From Eledone cirrhosa (lineage: Eukaryota): a DNA stretch of 64,000 nt. The notes beneath the pieces were generated by a model that was given only the letters and a program-made list of their open reading frames with translations, did no database searches and was not told where the DNA came from. Below are positions 13,238 to 26,359 of the stretch, in pieces. A program made the translations under genes and the position numbers. The DNA is taken from contig OZ024740.1 in assembly GCA_964016885.1 (NCBI GenBank), positions 81,778,001-81,842,000 on the forward strand. Reading direction: 5' to 3'. Position 1 is the first letter of the stretch. Each line of letters begins with the position of its first letter.

Positions 13238-16200
13238 ATGCCTCCCAAACGACGAGCGATTGGTCAATCTACCCCTCAAGCAACGAAAAAATATGCATTA
13301 CGAGCTTCAGAAACATACGAGCAACGGGAATCACGATTGGAAACCGTTCGAGTAAGAACTGCTCAAGCCCGTTCATCTGAAACATACGAGCAACGGGAAG
13401 CAAGATTGCAAACCGTTCGAGTAAGAACTGCTCAAGCCCGTTCATCTGAAACATACGAGCAACGGGAAGCAAGATTGCAAACCGTTCGAGTAACAACTGC
13501 TCAAGCCCGTTCATCTGAAACAGACGAGCAACGGAAAGCAAGATTGGAAACGAATCGACTACGCAATGCTCTCACAAGAAGAATACTGCACGATGATTTC
13601 AATCTTGGTGCATTTCATTACGATTCAAATTGTGATTACAGTCTTCATCCAAGTGTGATTATTGGAAAAATGGATAAATTATGCGGGTATTGTGGTACCC
13701 TCAAATTTAAAAATGAAACACCAGGAATGTGCTGCTCGGGTGGAAAAGTGAAATTGCCAGAATTACATCCACCACCTGAACCATTATCAACGTTAGTATC
13801 AGGTGACACAAGCGAATCTAAACATTTCTTGGCAAACATACGCAAGTACAATTCATGTTTCCAAATGACATCGTTCGGTGCAACAAATATCGTGCGCGAG
13901 AATTACATGCCAACATTCAAAGTGCAAGGGCAAATTTATCATCGTGCTGGATCACTACTACCACTGCCGGACGCAGATCACAAATTTCTTCAAATTTATT
14001 TCATGGGTAACACTGATGACCAAATAGATCAACGTTGCAAATTCAATAGGGGAACTAAACGAGAAATTGTTACTGCATTACAAACTTTATTCAATCAACA
14101 CAACAAATTAATTAGATTGTTCAGAGCTGCGCTGGAACAAATGCCAAATGATGACTACACAATTGTAGTTAGAGCAGACAAAACACATGTTGGCCAACAT
14201 CAAAGACAGTACAATGCACCAACAATTGATGAAGTGGCGATCGTTATAGTAGGTGAAGAATTTAACTCGCGTGATATAATTCTTCACCGCAGAAATGGTG
14301 ATGTTCAGCGAGTCTCAGAAACGCATCGGTCATACGATGGATTGCAATATCCAATTTTATTTTGGCAAGGAGAAGATGGATATCATTTCAACATCAAACT
14401 GAGAAATCCAGAAACAGATGAGGAAACGAATAAGAAAGTCAGTGCCATGAATTATTATTCATATAGATTAATGATTCGTGAAAACGGTGAAAATCATATT
14501 TTGAAATGTCGACAATTGTTCCATCAATACATTGTCGATATGTATGCAAAAATCGAAACCGAACGACTTCTCTACATTCGATTGAATCAAACCAAGCTAC
14601 GTTCAGAAGAGTACATTCATTTACGTGATGCCATTCTTAATGATGGCAATATGAATCCTAATGAATTGGGGAAAATGGTCATACTGCCGGCTACATTTAC
14701 AGGGAGTCCACGGCACATGCATGAATACGCACAAGATGCAATGACATATGTTCGCGTATATGGCCGTCCAGATTTGTTCATTACATTCACATGCAATCCT
14801 ACGTGGGATGAAATTAAAGAACTGTTGTTACCTGGTCAATCATCTTCGGATCGTCATGATATTACAGCGCGTGTGTTCAAACAAAAATTGAAATCTTTAA
14901 TCGATTTCATTGTCAAGCATCATGTTTTTGGAGAGACACGCTGTTGGATGTATTCCATTGAATGGCAAAAAAGAGGATTGCCACATGCACACATTTTGAT
15001 TTGGTTGATTGAAAAAGTCACACCAGATCAAATTGATCAAATCATCTCAGCAGAAATACCAGATGTCAACGTTGATCCAGACTTATTTGAAGTCATCACT
15101 AAAAACATGATTCATGGTCCATGTGGCTTACTCAACAACAATTCACCATGCATGTCTGATGGGAAATGCACGAAACAATACCCAAAAGACTTACTTGCCG
15201 ACACTATCACTGGCAATGACGGATATCCACTCTATCGTCGACGAGCAACTGAAGATGGCGGCAAATCCATCACTTTAAAAGTACGAAACAATTATGTTGA
15301 AGTCAATAATCGTTGGATTGTACCATATTCACCGTTACTCTCGAAGACGTTCAAAGCACACATCAATGTCGAGTATTGCAATTCGGTGAAAGCGATCAAG
15401 TACATTTGCAAATATATCAACAAAGGAAGCGATATGGTAGTCTTTGGAGTGTGCAATGCAACTACACCTATCGATGAAATCGACTAATACCAACTGGGAC
15501 GCTACATTAGTAGTAATGAAGCAGTATGGCGCATTTTATCATTTCCAATCCATCATCGACATCCAACAGTTGTTCATTTGGCGGTGCACCTTGAAAATGG
15601 ACAGCGCGTATACTTCACAACTGAAAATGTACGTGCAAGGGCACTGACACCACCGCCAACAATGTTAACTGCGTTTTTCTCATTGTGCAGCGAAGATGCG
15701 TTTGCAAAGACACTTTATTCTGAAGTGCCAACATATTACACATGGAATACACCAACGAAAAAGTTTAAACGTCGCAAACAGGGTAAAGTAGTTGAAGGAC
15801 ATCCAAATTTATATTCGACCGACGCGTTAGGCCGTTTGTACACTGTTCACCCAAATAATGCAGAATGCTTTTATTTGCGATTGTCGTTAATTAACATACG
15901 TGGACCGACATCATTCCAAGAATTGAGAACAGTAAACGGTCAAGTATGTGCCACTTATCGTGAAGCTTGCCAAGAATTAAATCTTCTTGAAAATGATGGA
16001 CATTGGGACACTTCACTCGCTGATGCATCGAATACTGCTCGACCAAAGCAAATACGCACATTATTCTCAATAATATTGACAACGTGCTTCCCATCAAATC
16101 CAAAAGATCTTTGGGAAAAATATAAAGACTACATGAGTGAAGACATCCTACATCGTTTGCGTGCAACAAATCAAAATATGAATATTCAATTCACACCAAA

Positions 16201-17751
16201 TGTGTATAATGAAGCATTGTTTTCCATTGAGGTCATATGTTTAGCAATCGCTAACAAAACATTGGTACAATTGGGAATGCCTGCGCCGAATCGATCTGTA
16301 AACGACATTTTCGATCGTGATTTGCAACGAGAAACAAACTTTGATGTCGCCGAATTGGGTACATTTGTTCAAACGAATCTTCCCAAATTGCTACCAGAAC
16401 AACGCATACTATATGACCAAATTATGCAGGCAATTATAAGTCAAAGCGGCGGATTGTATTTTATAGATGCGCCCGGTGGTACAGGCAAAACTTTTCTCAT
16501 TTCACTTATTTTGGCAACTATACGATCAGAAAATAATATTGCACTGGCAATCGCATCATCTGGAATTGCGGCAACTCTTTTAGATGGTGGCCGAACAGCA
16601 CATTCAGCCCTGAAATTGCCATTGAATATGCAAATCGCTGAGACATCAACATGCAATATTACCAAAAATTCTGGTATAGGTAAAGTACTCCAATCATGTA
16701 AAATCATTATATGGGACGAATGTACTATGGCGCACAAAAAATCATTGGAAGCGCTTAATAATACGCTAAAAGATTTGAAAGGAAATGAACAGCTCTTCGG
16801 TGGCACACTCATTTTATTGTCTGGTGATTTTCGACAAACTCTACCAGTTATACCGCGATCAACACCCGCTGATGAGCTTAATGCATGTCTCAAATCATCA
16901 GTTTTATGGCGACACGTACAGAAATTAACTTTAAAAGACAATATGCGTGTACAACTACAAAATGACGCATCCGCTGAACGTTTCACAAAACAATTGCTGG
17001 ATATTGGGAATGGGAAATGGTAATCGATGATTCCACAAAATGTATCACATTGCCAACAAACTTCTGTAGAATCACGGCAACCAGAGACGAACTGATTCAC
17101 AAAGTGTTCCCAAATATTGCGCAGCATTACAAAAATCATCAGTGGCTCAGTGTACGTGCTATATTAGCAGCCAAAAACACCGATGTCAATGCCATTAATT
17201 TCAGCATTCAAAACGAAATACCAGGCGAAGTGACAACGTATAAGTCCATCGATACTGTAATGAATCAAGACGAAATTATCAATTATCCAATTGAATTCTT
17301 GAATTCACTTGATTTGCCAGGCATGCCACCGCACATTTTAACATTGAAAATTGGCGTGCCTATCATCCTTCTCCGAAACATCAATCCACCACAACTTTGC
17401 AACGGTACCAGACTTTCAGTGAAAAAGACGATGAACAATATCATCGAGGCTACAATTTTAAAAGGAAAATTTAAAGGAGATGTACTCTTGCCACGCATCC
17501 CAATCATTCCAACAGATACGCCATTCGATTTCAAACGTTTGCAGTTTCCGGTGCGACTCGCCTTTGCAATGAATATCAACAAAGCAAAAGTACAATCGCT
17601 ACAAGTGTGTGGACTAAATTTAGAAAATCCATGCTTCTCACATGGACAGCTGTATGTGGCTTGCTCACGCGTCGGTAAACCTTCTGATTTATTCGTGTAC
17701 GCACCAGAAGGAAAAACAAAAAACATTGTGTATCCAAAAGCACTTCAGTAA
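13238..17751 (+). pseudogene. Helitron Rep/PIF1-like helicase, with one in-frame stop (15485-15487) and a frameshift near 17020
   Basis: Rep motifs FITFTCNP, IEWQKRGLPHAHIL and KYICKY. Helicase motifs APGGTGKT, IIWDE, GDFRQTLPV, FPVRLAFAMNINK and FSHGQLYVACSR. Confidence 0.95.
13302..13555 (+). repeat. 60-bp coding tandem repeat (about 4 copies) in the Helitron N-terminus
   Basis: RSSETYEQREARLQTVRVRTAQA-type 20-aa unit repeated. Confidence 0.9.
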
Positions 17752-17939
17752 AACAAATTAAATGTTCTTATAACGAATTTTCTTTAAATTCGTCAGTCAT
17801 TCAGTCATTTAAAGATAAATGTTAAAATCTAAAAAATAGAAACTAAATTACAGAAGTTTTTAAATAACGATTAAAATGTTAATATTATTCTTTTCTAAAT
17901 AAGCTTTTTAACACTGAGCGAAGCCGGGTAGCTCCGCTA

Positions 17940-17979
<40 letters not shown>

Positions 17980-17983
<4 letters not shown>

Positions 17984-19173
17984 ATACTTTGGGAGGGTCA
18001 TGTTGCCAATAAGAAACACACGCACCAGTCGCTTTCACTTCAATTTATTATAATAAATTTATAATAAATTTATAAATTATAAATTTCTGGTTGGTTGGTT
18101 GGTTCCACAACCAGACAGTTGTTTATATATAGTCATAGTTCTTTCGTCACACACTCTGTGACCTCTTCAGTGACTGGGGATTCCTTTCTTTGTTTCTGTG
18201 CCTCTCCTTTGTTCTGTCCTACGCCATTTTGTTTCTGTGTGTGTGTTGTGTGCTCAGTCTGCGCATGCGCCACATTCGGGTGTCTGTGTGTGTTTATGTT
18301 CATTTATTTATTTGTTTATTTACATGTTACTGGTTGGTTGTTTGTTCTATGTGTGTGTGTGTTTTCATTTTGTCCTTAATTGTAAGTTGTGATGTTGCTG
18401 TTCTACTCATATTTTCTATTTAATTTTGGTTGTAATTCTTTTATGTTTATTGCCTCTGTAATTTGTCTAAACATTGCGTCTTTTCTGTGTGTAGATTCTA
18501 TTTTTATTTCTATGTTCTCTAATTTACCCTAGTGTTCTATCTTAGCATGTTGGTAGAGTACAGATGATTCTTTATTATCTTGAAGGTCTCGCCAGTGTTC
18601 ATTTTTCCGTTCCCCTACACTACGAGCTGTCTCACCTATGTACACTATATTTTTGTCTCTACATTGTCCTTCAGTACATCTTATGCTATACACTACATTT
18701 CTAGTTTTACAGTTAATATGGGGGCTTATTTTACAGGTTATACATTTCTTATCTATACATGAGGGTCTTTGAAAAGGGTATGTCTTGCTAATAAGTGTTT
18801 TTACGGAGGTACCTGGTCTTTCTACTGTCTTAATTTTGAGTTTATGTTTATTTAGGGCCCTTCTAAATTTGTAAGCTAATTCACCTCTGGGGGTTGTATC
18901 GATGAACATTACACTCTGGTATTTATTGCTATCATACCATGAGTTTATTCTATTAGCCTTGTTCCTAGTTCTTTCTATTCTATTCCAAAATTTGCTCCTG
19001 TGCAAGGGGCAGGTCCCATTTATGTCATTATTTACCGTTTTTTCCCATTTGGTTCTGGCTCCTCTATACACTCTGATTTTGATTTTTGATTTTATCTCTC
19101 TGATTGTAGCCAGAGAACTGCATACGGTGGATGAAGTGTTGTATGTGTCTCATGACCCTCCCAAAGTATAACA
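17980..19173 (-). mobile_element. Penelope-like element, Naiad-type, 5'-truncated, with short inverted terminus
   Basis: ORF 18529-19071 has PLHR..W, SVMFIDTTPRGEL, KTVERPG, Cys-rich linker and VVYSIRC...YIGETARS..ER..EH. It continues past a TAG as RQITEAINI...LNRKYE. The end tgttatactttgggagggtcatg is inverted at 19151-19173. Confidence 0.85.
18131..18175 (-). ncRNA. Minimal type I hammerhead ribozyme in the PLE pLTR
   Basis: Minus strand reads agtca-CTGAAGA-g gtcaca gagtg tgtgac-GAAA-gaac-TA-tgact, with a perfect 5-bp stem I and 6-bp stem II. Confidence 0.85.
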
Positions 19174-19257
19174 ATATCGGTTTCAACACACGATTTCAGA
19201 TAAAGAATCTTGCTAAACAAATTCAGAAACGAAATATATATATATATATATATATAT

Positions 19258-19462
19258 TGTTATACTTGGAGAGAGTCATATTGTTATAATAATATTGCCA
19301 GAAATAATAACAGAACACACACACTGTTTGGTTGGTTTTCGCTTCTGTATCTTTTATATTATCCACAGTTAATTCATTCGGGCTTAAATGTTTACCATTG
19401 ATTGACAAACTGTCAAATATACAGACATAATATAGAAATAAACACATATAGTTAGTCTAACA
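19258..19462 (-). mobile_element. Solo-LTR-like element (~205 bp)
   Basis: Minus strand TGTTAGAC...TATAAAAG...GTATAACA with ATAT on both sides. Second copy at 46672-46866. Confidence 0.55.
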
Positions 19463-19639
19463 ATATTCTTTTATCTGCAACATCATCAGTGGTACTATTA
19501 TGTTCCTCCTGCATCGGCAACATTCTGTGCTCCAAATCACATCGCTCAGGCTTGTATCCAGCCACTCCATTCTATTCATCACTTATCAACACAACCTGCA
19601 CCATACACCTAGAGAGGGCATTCCAGCTTCACCTACAAC

Positions 19640-22575
19640 ATGGACACAGCACAGGGAGTAGCAGTTAGCAGTGATAAGACTCCAATCATTTGGCGTAAAA
19701 GCAAGGTGCCAGAGGTTGCTCCCGATGGTGGGAGATATATTCAGATCTCACTGGACAACTATCACCCGCCACAAGTTGGGCTGCCCCCACCATGTAAGGT
19801 GATGTCCCTTCACAGTCGGCTTTCCTCATTGGGTGCATGAAGATTAGGATACATCCGAACAGCAGACTGCAACGTTTGCACCAGGTAAAACAACCAAGCA
19901 ACAAAAGAGAACAGCTCTAAACCTGGGGACGTCCTGGCAATGATGACTGGCCTTACTGACAATATACTGAACAGCAGTGATTGCAGAAAACACAGCTGTG
20001 ATTAACACCGAGCTGAAGAGACTGAACGTAGATATTTCCACCCTTTAGGAGACGCAACTGGCGGGGTCGAGTACACTGAAGTAAAAAGCCTCCACTACTC
20101 AGACGAGCCCATAGAGCATCGAGAAGTTTTCGCAGTTAGGAACAGCCTGGTGAATATGGTATAAACAAAGAATAATTGTTTCTACTTTAGGCACAAGGCC
20201 AGCAATTATCCAGTACATTTCTGGTACTTTATTTTATCGACCCCGTAAGGATGAAAGACAAACAAGGAATAATGGCTAGAGAAATACTTCTGACTATCTG
20301 CCTCATCACGACCGCAAGTCCCCACTATCAGCAACATCCCCACAGGGAACAACTCATTTTCCTTGGGGATTTCAATTCCAAAGTGGGTGCATATCATGGC
20401 ACATAGCCCTCCTGCCTTGGACAGTTTGGTGTGGGAACCATGAATGGCAATGGACAACGCCTTCTCGTGCTGCGCACTTATCATATTCTGTGCGTTACCA
20501 GCTCATACTACTGCACCAAGCTGCAACACAAGGTTTTCTGGAGACATCCTCACTTAAAGCATTTACACCAGCTGGATCTCATCCTGGTCAGACGTACTGC
20601 CATCAACAACGTTCTCTACACACGCTCCTACGACGGTGCAGACTGTGAAACAGTCCACTACAAGGTGCGTTGCAAGATCAGGTTCCAACAGAGGAAATTC
20701 TATCGGGTCAAGAAACAGGAGAATCCTTGCCTTGATGTTAGCAAGATGTACCAACCACACTTGTAAGGCAATTAACGGAGGCTCTCAAGGAAAAACTTCA
20801 CACCTCTCAAGCTGGAGACTCTGCCACAAAGATGTAGAAAATGCTGCGAAACATCATGCAGAACAGACCCTTGGCTACCTTTGGAGAAGAGGGTCTCGAG
20901 GTCGCATGACTGGTTTGAGGAAAAATCTATCAGGATGACCCCTGTCATTGAAGCAAGGAGTGCTGACCTAGCTGAGTACAAATGATTGCCGAGCGAAGGG
21001 AAACTGCAGACTCTCAGGGCTGCCAGAAACAAGTTTCAACAAACTGCTAGGCACTATGCTAATGAGTACTGGACACCGCTCAATGAGGATATTCAGACAG
21101 CTGCCATAACAGCGAACATCACAGGCATGCACGATGGCATCAAGAAGGCACTGGAACGGGTCCAGAACAAGACAGCTGCTCTGAAATCCAACACTGGAGA
21201 AGTAATCAGTGACAGGGGCCAGTAGAGGGAGAGATGCGTGGAACAGTACACTGACTCCTACTCCAGGCAGAACATCGTGTCCCACTCGGCTTCCGATGCT
21301 GTTGTGTGCCTGCCTGTTATGGAAGAGCTTGATAATGAGCCGACTTTGTAAAAGCTCAACAAGGCCATTCACAGATTGAACTCAGGCAAAGCCCCAGGCG
21401 ACGATGGTGTTCATCCAGATCTGATCAAGCAATGCATGACTACCTTACTGCGGCCTCTGCATAAGGTTCTACGCCACTGCTGGCAAGAAACTGCTAAGCC
21501 ACAGGACAGGAGGGACGCTAAGATCATGAGCTTCCACAAGCACAAAGGTGAAAGAAAGAAGTGACTGCAACAACTACAGGGGCCTCTCCTTTGTCAGTGT
21601 CGTCCGCAAGCTGGCGGAGCAGGTGTAGCCAGAATAATTGTGCGGATTAGGAACCGAGCCATCAATAGTAGACATGGTTCCACCAAGTTCCCCCCCACCC
21701 CCGTCAACTCCAGGAGAAATGCAGGGAACAGAACATGCCCATGTATGATGCTTCCATCTACCTCACCAAGGCGTTTGACCTGGTTAGTAGAGACGACCTT
21801 TACAAGATGTTCCCAAAGATTGCTACACACTAGGACTGCAGAACATGGTTGAATCTTTCTACACCAACATGAAGGGGACAGTGCAGACGCACGATCGGTC
21901 ATCAAAATAGATGACTATGAATTCGACGTCGTCCATCAGTTCACCTACCCAGGTTCCACCATCACCGACAACCTCTCACTGGACACAGAGCTTGAAAGAA
22001 GGATCGGGAAGGCAGCCACAATATTTGCTCGCCTTAAAACTCGTGTGTGGACAAACCCCAAGCTGTTGGTAAATACCAAGATGGCTGTGTACAATGCCTG
22101 TGTCATCGGCACACTGCTGTATGGCATGAGACATGGTCCCCATATGCTAGACAGGAGAGGCGACTAAACACCTTCCATCTGAGAAACCTGTGCCGTGCTG
22201 GCCTTCCCAGCATATTTACCCTGCTCTGACTGCACAGACTCCGCTGGCTATGACACGTCCACCGCATAAATGATGGCCGCATTCCAAAAGACATCTTATA
22301 TGGGAAGCTGGCCTCTGGAAAGGGCATCTCCGGTCAATTTCGGCTGCGATACAAAGATATATGAAGGACTTTGAGATCAACACAAATTCCTGGGAGGGCC
22401 TCGCAACTGAACGGCCAAGAGGGAGAAATACCCTGAATCAACACCTCAAATCAGGGGAGGAGAGTTTGATGACTGCAGCAGCGGATGGGAGAGCCCGGTG
22501 AAAGGGGCACAATAAATCGAACAGATGAGAGACCATATACAGATGTGTTACATGTGACAGAGACTGTTTAGCAAA
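19640..22575 (+). mobile_element. RTE-BovB-like LINE, degenerate, internally deleted
   Basis: Fragments ELKRLNVDI, MNGNGQRLL, WRHPHLKHLHQLDLIL, GKAPGDDG, NYRGLS, HQFTYPGSTITDNLSLDTELERRIGKAA and DGRIPKDILYGKLASG. Confidence 0.85.
20170..20262 (-). mobile_element. SINE fragment inserted in the RTE LINE
   Basis: Matches 62818-62997 (attgtttctactttaggcac...ctggtactttattttatcgaccccgtaaggatgaaag). Confidence 0.8.
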
Positions 22576-23524
22576 TGGAGACACAGCATGTTAGCTGATA
22601 AACATTAGATTATGACTTTCTATACATTATTTCAATCTAATAAATATATTGTTACTGTCGTGATCAAATGAGTAAAATATGTTTTATTCTAGTTTTGTTG
22701 ATCTAGTTAATCAAATTTGACATTACAACCCGTTGATTTATGTTTACATTCAACATTTAATAATTCGTGAATCTCCAACAATGAGACAAAACATAGAAAA
22801 GAAACGATGACAATTTAAAAGTAAAACACATTTAATCGTCTATATCAAGTACTACTAAACATCTGCGTAAAATCAACATTAGATTCGAAACAAATAAAAT
22901 TATAAATTACGTCACATATTGAAAATTAGATTAATAATTTCCTCTCCAATAATTTATATACAATTATTTCAGGTCAACAACTTGTGAATAATTATTTTCA
23001 ACACCATGACAGACAGTAACACTCTTCAGTAATATGTTACAACCACTTTAGATTCGAGACCTAAATCATTATAAAGTCTCAGGTGTATGGTTCTTGTTAT
23101 TGTTGATTTTTGTGGAGGTCTTCATCATATTCGTTGTTGTTGGTGTTGTCGTCAACGTTGATGGTGTTGTTGTTGTTGTTGTTGCTGCTGCTGCTGCTGC
23201 TTGAAGAACTCAGAGCCTGTTTCTGGTGCATTTTCCTAACAGGTGACGGAAGTCAGTGCTACCATCACATCATGTCTTCATTTAGAGGAAGCAGAATCTG
23301 AATTGAAAGGTACACTGAAAAGGTCTCGGGATTTTTATGAGAATGTTAGCTCAATACACCCGTAAATACACCGTAATAATTGGATATATCGACAATGAAA
23401 TGTTTACCTTGTCAGGATTTTATTATAATGCACTGACTACAGCAAAATCAGATGCTTTAACGAGGTCCCTAATCCATCCCCTCTATTTACGCAGACTCTA
23501 AATGAGTCAAGATTAGAAAGAAAA

Positions 23525-24085
23525 TAATTATAATTTCTGATTTAAGCAAAATGCCAACAATTTGTGGAGAGAGGAAAGTTGTTTAAGTCGACCGCAGTGC
23601 GTTACTAGTGCTTTATTTTATGGTCCCCGTAAGGATAAAAGGCTAGGCTAACCTCGGAGCGATTTGAAGTCAGAACATAAATGGACGTAATTATATGCCG
23701 CAAACATATTGTCCGACGATCTATCGATACTGACAATCCATCTGAAAATAATTGTTTCTACTTTGGGAACAAATCCAGCAATTTGAAAGAAAAGTAAGTC
23801 GATTATATCAACCCCAGTGCGTAAAGAGACATAACTCTACGTTGTGAAGAATGCTTTATCGATACTCCCAATCCAGCTGGAGATAATAATGGTTCCTGAT
23901 TTAGTCACAAGGACAGCAGATTTGAGGGTGCGGCAGTCAATTAAATCGACCCTAGTGCGTGACTGGTACTTTATTTTATCGAACCTGTAAGAATGAAAGA
24001 AAAAGTTAATCTCGGCGGGATCTGAACTCAGAACATAGAGAACCGTAAATATATGCTGCAAAGCATGGTATCCGACGCTCTGATA
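23525..24085 (-). mobile_element. Cluster of about 3 tRNA-derived SINE copies
   Basis: Copies at about 23525-23740, 23745-23822 and 23880-24085 share the core ggtactttattttatcga...ctcggcggga t(t/c)tgaactcag (B-box on the minus strand). Confidence 0.75.
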
Positions 24086-26359
24086 ATATTAATGGCATTA
24101 CTTATGCTGAAAGAATTTCATGGCTTGTTGCGTAGTTCATAGATTTAGGAGTGAACAAAAGCAGCATAATTATTCAGAAAACTTGAATGAGTGAAAATAA
24201 ATTCTATTAAATTATCAGTAACAGGCTTTGGAAATTCATTTCGTTTATAAACACATTGTTACCAATTTGAAATTAAGAACTAGAATGTCCAACACCATCA
24301 TCGAAACTTGTTTTGAATTCGTTGTTTGTTTTTACCAAGCTCTAATTTACTTAGATAAAGCATTATAGATAGTAATTAATCACTAGCTATAATGCTATTA
24401 CATCTTGCGCTCTCTAATTTCAATTCCTCCACAAGATTCCATTTATGCTGCAATCATGACATATTGAATTTCCTATAACTGTGTAACTTCCAAATGGGCA
24501 CTTTATCACAACGAGTTGGCTCTGTATAATGATACGGCAACACAATTTAAATATTCAATATCAAATAAACTGAGTTAAGCATTGCTCCAATTACAATGGA
24601 AATCTTAGAACTTATCTTAAAAAAATGTATTTCTATTTATTGTAAAACATTGTAGACAAAACCATAAGTGCCTGGTGCAAATGCCATCAACCACAGACCA
24701 ACGCTACACCTGCGGGTCACCTATGGACTAAATGCACTGAGCTATGGAGAGTAGAATATCACTGATAAAGTATGTAGAAATAATGTAAATGTATTTTCGA
24801 TATTAATATGTTTCGGCCTACATCTTCTATCGGGTAACATACAACGCAAATTTAACTTTGTAAGGGAAAACAATCCGTGGATAAAATATTGGATAAGCAA
24901 CTTAGGCCAGAAGATATTTTTCTTATAATTTATTAGACATTACTACATCTTTCAGAGACATTAGACTTTATATTATTTTCTTAGCGCTGTAGACCACTAG
25001 AGTCTCTACTATGGCGGTTACAATTAGCATACACCGACGTGTACGAAACTCATAAGTAGATTTCATAATTTCAATAATTCATTTACATTTGTATTAATAA
25101 CTGTGGCAATTTATGACGCGACTGGTGTTCCATTTGAATTTTCCGGAATGTAAAAAATAAGAACATACTAGAAAAGCAGTTCATTCGAGATAACAGATAA
25201 ATGAGCTTAGCTTGTATACTAGATCAAGTGGAAGAAAAGGCACCTCCAGCAAAATGTCAATATAATAAGCTTCAACCATCACTCGGACGCATTATCATCT
25301 ACAATAACTAAAGTATAACGCGGAAGAGACGAAGCACATATTTATAAAGAGTTGGAAGTAGATAAAAGTGAGGCAATGAAATAAGTATATACTAAAGAAA
25401 TAATTTCTGCTATTTTAATTTCATAACTGTTTAATCTATGTGTGTGACATCTGTATTTATTACTCACTGTTTAAGGGTTAGTCCACATCGTGGTCCCGGC
25501 GGTCAAAATTGAGATGACATTGCAAGGATGGTGAGGGTCACACTTACGGTTAGCCAACAACACTCCAATAGCAGTGCATAGAAATATGGTCCTGGGCTCA
25601 AGTGTGCCAGGATCTTCATTTCCACAGATTTAACCTCACAAATAACTACTGTTAATTTGACATTTCTATTCGACCTGGTAAGCAGTGAAGCCTGAGCTGG
25701 TAGTCGAAAACAACCAGGTTGCTGCAAGAGAAAGTGTCGCAAAATATTACGTCTCTGATGAGAGTCCCACATATTAATGAAATTTAGAAAGCACACGTAA
25801 CTTCACTTTTATGATGTGTAAAATATCCTTATGTAAATAACAGCATTTTGAAGTTCACTGTTATCCCACTATGAATCGATCTTTGCGTGATGAAAAACAG
25901 GTTTTTGAACATTAACAATAAGTTTACCTAAAAGAAAAGAAGGGTAATCTTTCTGAAACCAATTGTTCAATGTTTTATTTTCTCTCATGAAAAATAAGTA
26001 AAACTCTAGCCATTCTGATTCTCTGTATTAATGGTACATATGGGGAGACTATAGCTATTTCGAAGAAAGCTCAGTTAATGAAACCCGCAATGATACTAAG
26101 ACTTTCAGAATTTCTTATATCATTCCAGCAATAGTAAAAAGAAAAGATAATTGAGACATTCTGATTTACCACCTCATGGACGTTTTAATTGAAGATCGAC
26201 CACAAATGACGTCGACCCAAACCTATATAGGTTCCTGACAATAAACAAGAAAGTAAACAAAGACATACAAATAGCCATTGTACCCGCTTCCAAAATATTA
26301 GTAAATTCATCCGTTTATAAGTAATAACCTTGATATCAGAAGAATGCTATAGAGTAAAC

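Larger units (their letters stand above)
11830..17940 (+). mobile_element. Helitron, full-length, nearly intact
   Basis: 5' TCTATATATATAAAAATGAATG follows an A at 11829. The 3' end gagcgaagccgggtagctccgCTAG is followed by T. It contains a Rep-helicase reading frame. Confidence 0.95.

Noticed and set aside
13302-13555. Regular repeats considered as a CRISPR-like array
   Set aside because: A contiguous coding tandem repeat without unique spacers, in eukaryotic context.
16441-17726. Long minus-strand ORFs (232 and 147 aa)
   Set aside because: Antisense shadows of the Helitron helicase frame.
18403-19071. Selenocysteine recoding in the Naiad-type ORF
   Set aside because: The interrupting stops are TAG rather than TGA, the cysteines are normal codons, and no SECIS is visible.
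23095-23300. Possible host exon on the minus strand (ttcag acceptor, MHQKQALSSSS...NNNN)
   Set aside because: All three frames hit stops between the acceptor and the ATG. What remains is a 44-aa low-complexity ORF with no partner exons.
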